Assembly (NCBI GenBank): GCA_013389055.1
Contig: JACAEC010000152.1
Coordinates: 13,976-77,975 of the forward strand
DNA length: 64,000 nt
Direction of reading: 5' to 3'
Source of the DNA: Hydrogenophilaceae bacterium
Lineage (GTDB): Bacteria; Pseudomonadota; Gammaproteobacteria; Burkholderiales; Thiobacillaceae
Position 1 is the first letter of the stretch; each line of letters starts with the position of its first letter. Positions 59,966-64,000 of the stretch are shown here, piece by piece. The notes under the pieces are model-generated. The model was not told the origin of the DNA, made no database searches, and saw nothing but the letters and a program-made list of their open reading frames with translations. Made by a program: the position numbers and the translations under genes.

Positions 59966-60676
59966 ATGGCACGAGATAACGGCTTCGGCAGGATCCCGCC
60001 CCCTCTCCGGAAATACCTGATCGCCCTGACGGCGGGCCTGTCTTTGCTGGTCATGGCGGGTGCGGAAACCGACATCCTGCCCGACGGCCGGACGCTCGAA
60101 CTGGCTCGCGCCAATTTCGGGTCCCGGGCTGCGGAGCGCCTGCAGGCATGGCGGAATCTGACTCTGCGTCTGGCCGAGGCGTCGGAACGCGACAAACTGG
60201 AACGGATCAACCGCTTCTTCAACGGCCTGCCCAATGTCGACGACCTGGCGCTCTGGGGACAACGCGATTACTGGGCAACGCCGGTGGAATTGCTGGTTCG
60301 GAACGGCGGCGACTGCGAGGACTTCGCCCTGGCCAAGTATTTCACCCTCAAGGCAGCGGGCGTGCCGGCGGCGAAGCTGCGCGTCACCTATGCCCGCGTC
60401 TGGCTGCCGGAAGAGAAACGCATGGAGTCCCACATGGTGTTGGCCTATTACCCCGAACCCGACGCCGAGCCGTTGATTCTGGACAATCTGGTCGCCGGCA
60501 TCCTGCCCGCCTCCAGGCGCACCGATCTTTCGCCCACGATGAGTTTCAATGCCGCGGGTTTGTGGTCGGCAAAACAACGGGGCCAAGCCGGCCGTATCGG
60601 CGATACCGCCAGCATCCGTCACTGGAACGACCTGCTCGAGCGCATGAGTCAAGAACACATGGGAGACAAACAATGA
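59966..60676 (+). CDS. lapG: LapG-like transglutaminase-like cysteine proteinase (BTLCP)
   Basis: INRFFN, WGQRDYWATP, GDCEDFALAKY, HMVLAYYP, LILDNL; overlaps the lapD start. Confidence 0.9.
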   Translation: MARDNGFGRIPPPLRKYLIALTAGLSLLVMAGAETDILPDGRTLELARANFGSRAAERLQAWRNLTLRLAEASERDKLERINRFFNGLPNVDDLALWGQRDYWATPVELLVRNGGDCEDFALAKYFTLKAAGVPAAKLRVTYARVWLPEEKRMESHMVLAYYPEPDAEPLILDNLVAGILPASRRTDLSPTMSFNAAGLWSAKQRGQAGRIGDTASIRHWNDLLERMSQEHMGDKQ

Positions 60677-62592
60677 AAACCGTCAGCTTAAAAACCTTGC
60701 TCATCCTGTTTCTGATGCCCCTGATCCTGCTCATGGGCGCGGTGCTGTTCATGAGCGGGCTCGGCCACACCCGAGACTTCCTGCAGCAGCAATTGCAAAG
60801 CCATGCACAGGATGCCGCGACCGCCTTGGCCCTGCGCCTGGCACCCGCCTTCGCCGGCAACGACATGGCTGCCGTCACAAACACCGTCGATGCCCTCTAC
60901 GACAGCGGCTATTTCCTTTCCATCGCCCTGGACCGACCCGACGGCGCCGCACTGATAGCCAAGCAGGACGTCGTCAGGGTGGAAGACGTGCCCGGCTGGT
61001 TCATGAACCTATTGCCCATTGCCTCCCCGGCAGGGAAAGCCGAAGTCACCACGGGCTGGCGCAAGGCCGCCGCCATCCGCATCGCCAGTCATCCCGGCCA
61101 TGCCTATCGCCAACTCTGGCAAAGCGCGCAAGCCACCCTGCTCTGGACCCTTGCCTTCTGCCTGGTCACCGCCGGGCTTCTGGCCGTGGTATTGAACCAG
61201 GCGCTGCGCCCGCTGGCCGACATGGAACGGCTCGCCATCCAGGTCGGCCAGGGCCGCTTCACACGATTGGAGGCGCCGCCGAGCATTCGCGAACTCGACC
61301 ACATCGGTCAGGCGCTCGACCGCATGTCGATCTCTGTCGAGCGGATGCTGGACGAAAAAACCCGAACCATCGATCAGTTGCTGGAAGACCTGCATCACGA
61401 CCCCGACACCGGCCTGGCCAATCGCGCCTATTTCCAGTCGACCCTGGAGGCGGCGCTGAACGACGACACCGCCTCCTGCGGCCTTGCCTTGCTTCACATC
61501 AGCGGCCTGGAGTCGCTCAATGCCAGGCGCGGCCGCGAGGCCGGCGACCGGCTGGTGAAAGCCGTCGCGGTGGCCGTGGACAGCATCGCCCACCGCCACA
61601 ATGCCCTGGCCGCCCGGCTCAACGGCACTCAGTTCGGCCTGCTGGTGAAGGCGTGCAACGAGGCAATCCTGCTACGCCTGGCGGAAACCCTGTCCCATAG
61701 CGTCGACCAACTCATCGGGGAGATCGGCGGCATCGGCGAATGCGCTGTCCACGTGGGTGCCGCGCGCGCCAGCGGCAACGACCGTTCCGCCTTGCTGGCG
61801 CGGGCCGATACCGCCCTGCGCGACGCCTGCCTCGGGCCCTCCGGCAGCGCCCGGCTTGCGGGCCTCGCAGCGGAGGGACAGCAGAAGGTACGCCGGCTGC
61901 TGCGCGAAGCCATCCGACAATCCTCTCTGGAACTGGTCTGGCAGCCCGTGCTGCGCTGTGCCGACCACGGCCTGGTGCACGCCGAGGCGTTCGCTCGCCT
62001 GAGCGACGGCCAGGGCCAGACCCTGCCGGCCGGGGCCTTCGTCTACCTGGCCGAGGAAGAAGGCCTGGTCGACAGCCTGGATCGGCTGATCCTATCCCAG
62101 GCCTGGAGCGAACAAAGTTCGCAGCAAGACGCCGCCTGCGCCGTCAACGTCTCCTGCGCCAGCCTGGCCCAGGCGGATTTCATCAACTGGCTCAACAGCT
62201 TCGTGGCGGAGCCCCGCCGGCTGTACCTGGAATGCGTGCTGAGCCGGACGGCCGCCACCCCTGCGGCTGCCGAGGCCCTGATCGGGCTCAAGACAGCCGG
62301 ATTCCACATCGTGCTGGACCGTTTCGTGCCGAACGCCGAGGCCCTGGAGCAAATGGCCATCCTGCTGCCCGAATGGGTCAAGATCGAAGGCGGCCTGTGC
62401 CGGCATGCCGCAAGTCATCCCGGCACCCAGGTCCTGCTTCGCAGCCTGTGCGAATACGCCCACCAGCTCGGAGTGAAGGTCGCCGCCACGGGCATCGAAC
62501 GGGAAGAGGATGCCGCCCTCATGTGCCAACTTGGCATGGACGCCCTCCAGGGGTGGGCGTTCGGCGCGGCCACCCCGTCGATGGCGGCGTAA
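60673..62592 (+). CDS. lapD: LapD-like c-di-GMP receptor (periplasmic, HAMP, degenerate GGDEF and EAL domains)
   Basis: QQQLQSHAQDAATAL, YDSGYF, VPGWF, GWRK loop, TGLANR, RxxD-less NGTQF in place of GGDEF, EAFARL, WVKIE; start ATG 60673. Confidence 0.9.
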   Translation: MKTVSLKTLLILFLMPLILLMGAVLFMSGLGHTRDFLQQQLQSHAQDAATALALRLAPAFAGNDMAAVTNTVDALYDSGYFLSIALDRPDGAALIAKQDVVRVEDVPGWFMNLLPIASPAGKAEVTTGWRKAAAIRIASHPGHAYRQLWQSAQATLLWTLAFCLVTAGLLAVVLNQALRPLADMERLAIQVGQGRFTRLEAPPSIRELDHIGQALDRMSISVERMLDEKTRTIDQLLEDLHHDPDTGLANRAYFQSTLEAALNDDTASCGLALLHISGLESLNARRGREAGDRLVKAVAVAVDSIAHRHNALAARLNGTQFGLLVKACNEAILLRLAETLSHSVDQLIGEIGGIGECAVHVGAARASGNDRSALLARADTALRDACLGPSGSARLAGLAAEGQQKVRRLLREAIRQSSLELVWQPVLRCADHGLVHAEAFARLSDGQGQTLPAGAFVYLAEEEGLVDSLDRLILSQAWSEQSSQQDAACAVNVSCASLAQADFINWLNSFVAEPRRLYLECVLSRTAATPAAAEALIGLKTAGFHIVLDRFVPNAEALEQMAILLPEWVKIEGGLCRHAASHPGTQVLLRSLCEYAHQLGVKVAATGIEREEDAALMCQLGMDALQGWAFGAATPSMAA

Positions 62593-62648
62593 CGTAGCGG
62601 TCATGCTGCTGCCATAGCATCGTCACTTTGATTTTTGAGAGCACCGTC

Positions 62649-63506
62649 ATGCGACACATCCTTCCCTCCGCCCTGACCCTCTCCCTTGCCTGGACCATGG
62701 CGGCCCATGCCGGCGATGCCGACGTGGTGGCACGCATGGGCGACACCACCCTGACCCTGGCCGAGGTGCGGCAGATCGCCGCGCAAAACCCGGCGGAGGC
62801 GCAGAACGCGCCCCAGGGGATCGAGCGGCTGGTCCGCACCGAACTGGTCCGTAAAGCGGTTGCCAAGGAAGCCCGCAAGCAGGGCTTCGATAAGAAACCG
62901 GAGGTCTCGGCCCAGATGGAGCGGGCGGTTGAGCAGGCCCTGGTGGCAGCCTACATGAACAGCATCGCCCGCCCGCCGGCGGACTACCCGTCCGAGGATG
63001 TGCTCAAGCAGGCCTACGAAGCGAACAAGGCCGCCTTCACCACGCCGGTGCAATACCGCGTCAGCCAGATCTACGTCGCCGGCAAGGATGCCAAGGCTAG
63101 CCAGCAGGCGGACGAGCTCTACCGGCAGGCCACGCGGAAGAACGCCGACTTCGCCGAGATCGCACGCAAATCCTCGCAGCACCAAGCCAGCGCAGCCCAG
63201 GGCGGCGACATGGGCTGGCTGCCGGAGAATGATCTGCTGCCGGCCATCCGCTCGGCCCTGAACGGGCTCAAGCCGGGCGACACCGCCAGGCCCGTGGCGG
63301 GAGCCGAAGGCTTCCACATCGTCAAGCTTGCCGAGCGCAAGGAGCCCCAGATACTGCCGCTCGACAAGGTGAAGCCGGCCCTGGTCCAGAACCTGCGCCT
63401 GCGCCGCGCGCAGGAAATCGAGGCCGCCTATCTGGAAGACCTGCTGGCGAAAACCCCGGTGGCGGTAAACGGCATCGCCCTGGGCGAAGCGGTCAAGGCG
63501 AAGTAA
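62649..63506 (+). CDS. PpiC/parvulin-type peptidyl-prolyl isomerase (exported)
   Basis: Signal peptide, VVARMG, YRVSQIYV, FAEIARKSS, QGGDMGW, GFHIVKL. Confidence 0.88.
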   Translation: MRHILPSALTLSLAWTMAAHAGDADVVARMGDTTLTLAEVRQIAAQNPAEAQNAPQGIERLVRTELVRKAVAKEARKQGFDKKPEVSAQMERAVEQALVAAYMNSIARPPADYPSEDVLKQAYEANKAAFTTPVQYRVSQIYVAGKDAKASQQADELYRQATRKNADFAEIARKSSQHQASAAQGGDMGWLPENDLLPAIRSALNGLKPGDTARPVAGAEGFHIVKLAERKEPQILPLDKVKPALVQNLRLRRAQEIEAAYLEDLLAKTPVAVNGIALGEAVKAK

Positions 63507-63544
63507 CCTCGCACTCACCGGTCAGCCGTCGCTGACAGCCGATC

Positions 63545-64000
63545 ATGCCCGATCTGAGCTACCCGGAACTGCTCGAGGCCGAGGCCCGGGCCGAGGCCAG
63601 GCGGCGGCATCCGCTGCGCCTGCTGACCGTTTTCCTGCTGGCCTTTTTCGCCTTGCAATACGGCTGGGAAATGGCGCGCGGCAGCGCGGTCGAACGCTTG
63701 GTCATCGACCGGCTCACCGTTCAGCCCGCGGCATGGCTGATCGACGAGCTCTGGCCCGAGCACGGCGTTGCTGCCCAGGGACACCGGCTGGTCTCGGCCC
63801 ATGGCCGGCTCAACGTGCTCAACGGCTGCGAGGGACTGGAGACCCTGTTCCTGCTGGTGGCGGCCTTCCTGGCCTATCCCCTGGCCTGGCGTGCCCGGCT
63901 GGCCGGCATCCTGTCCAGCATCGGCCTCGTCTTTGTCCTCAACCAGGGGCGCATCGTCCTGCTCTGGCAGGCGTGGCTCAGCGACAGGACGCACTTCGGC
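63545..64000 (+). CDS. Short exosortase/archaeosortase family protein (XrtH/XrtM-like), 3' end outside the window
   Basis: Absent from the ORF track; manual translation MPDLSYPELL...LNVLNGCEGLETLFLLVAAFLAYP...VFVLNQGRIVLL shows the catalytic Cys (GCEG) and the NxxR motif. Confidence 0.82.
   Translation, partial: MPDLSYPELLEAEARAEARRRHPLRLLTVFLLAFFALQYGWEMARGSAVERLVIDRLTVQPAAWLIDELWPEHGVAAQGHRLVSAHGRLNVLNGCEGLETLFLLVAAFLAYPLAWRARLAGILSSIGLVFVLNQGRIVLLWQAWLSDRTHFG

Noticed and set aside
60148-60672. N-terminal extension of LapD (814-aa ORF) or a LapG-LapD fusion
   Set aside because: It is a different frame within lapG; LapD starts at ATG 60673 after a GGAG RBS, overlapping the lapG stop

Overview
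GC-rich bacterial chromosome segment. The mtaP-hpt-rlmB-rnr-tRNA-Leu(CAG) order and an EpsD/EpsH/EpsI exosortase-B system suggest a betaproteobacterium (inference). It has four blocks. (1) 1-18.5 kb, minus strand: two flagellins, one with a sigma28 promoter and one with a sigma54 promoter plus tandem FlbD/ftr-like palindromes. These are followed by flbT, flaF and a tightly coupled nonulosonic-acid glycosylation island (pseB, pseC, cytidylyltransferase, pseG, two NeuB paralogues, WbqC, PIG-L deacetylase, methyltransferases, a large multidomain glycosyltransferase). (2) 18.5-24.7 kb: housekeeping genes, with a four-helix-bundle (IVP-family) gene between hpt and mtaP that is bracketed by inverted 7-bp tandem-repeat arrays. 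(3) 24.7-54.5 kb: a Wzx/Wzy exopolysaccharide locus linked to exosortase B. (4) 54.6-64 kb: C-terminally sorted surface proteins (subtilase with a GDVPIPPW tail, two PEP-CTERM proteins, a trypsin-like protease), lapG-lapD, a PpiC-type isomerase and a second, short exosortase. The best leads are the heptamer-bracketed four-helix-bundle cassette, a possible second sorting system next to LapDG with no LapA in the window, a NeuB paralogue lacking its metal-binding histidines, and the hybrid flagellin regulation. All calls come from reading motifs by eye; no database searches or computations were run.
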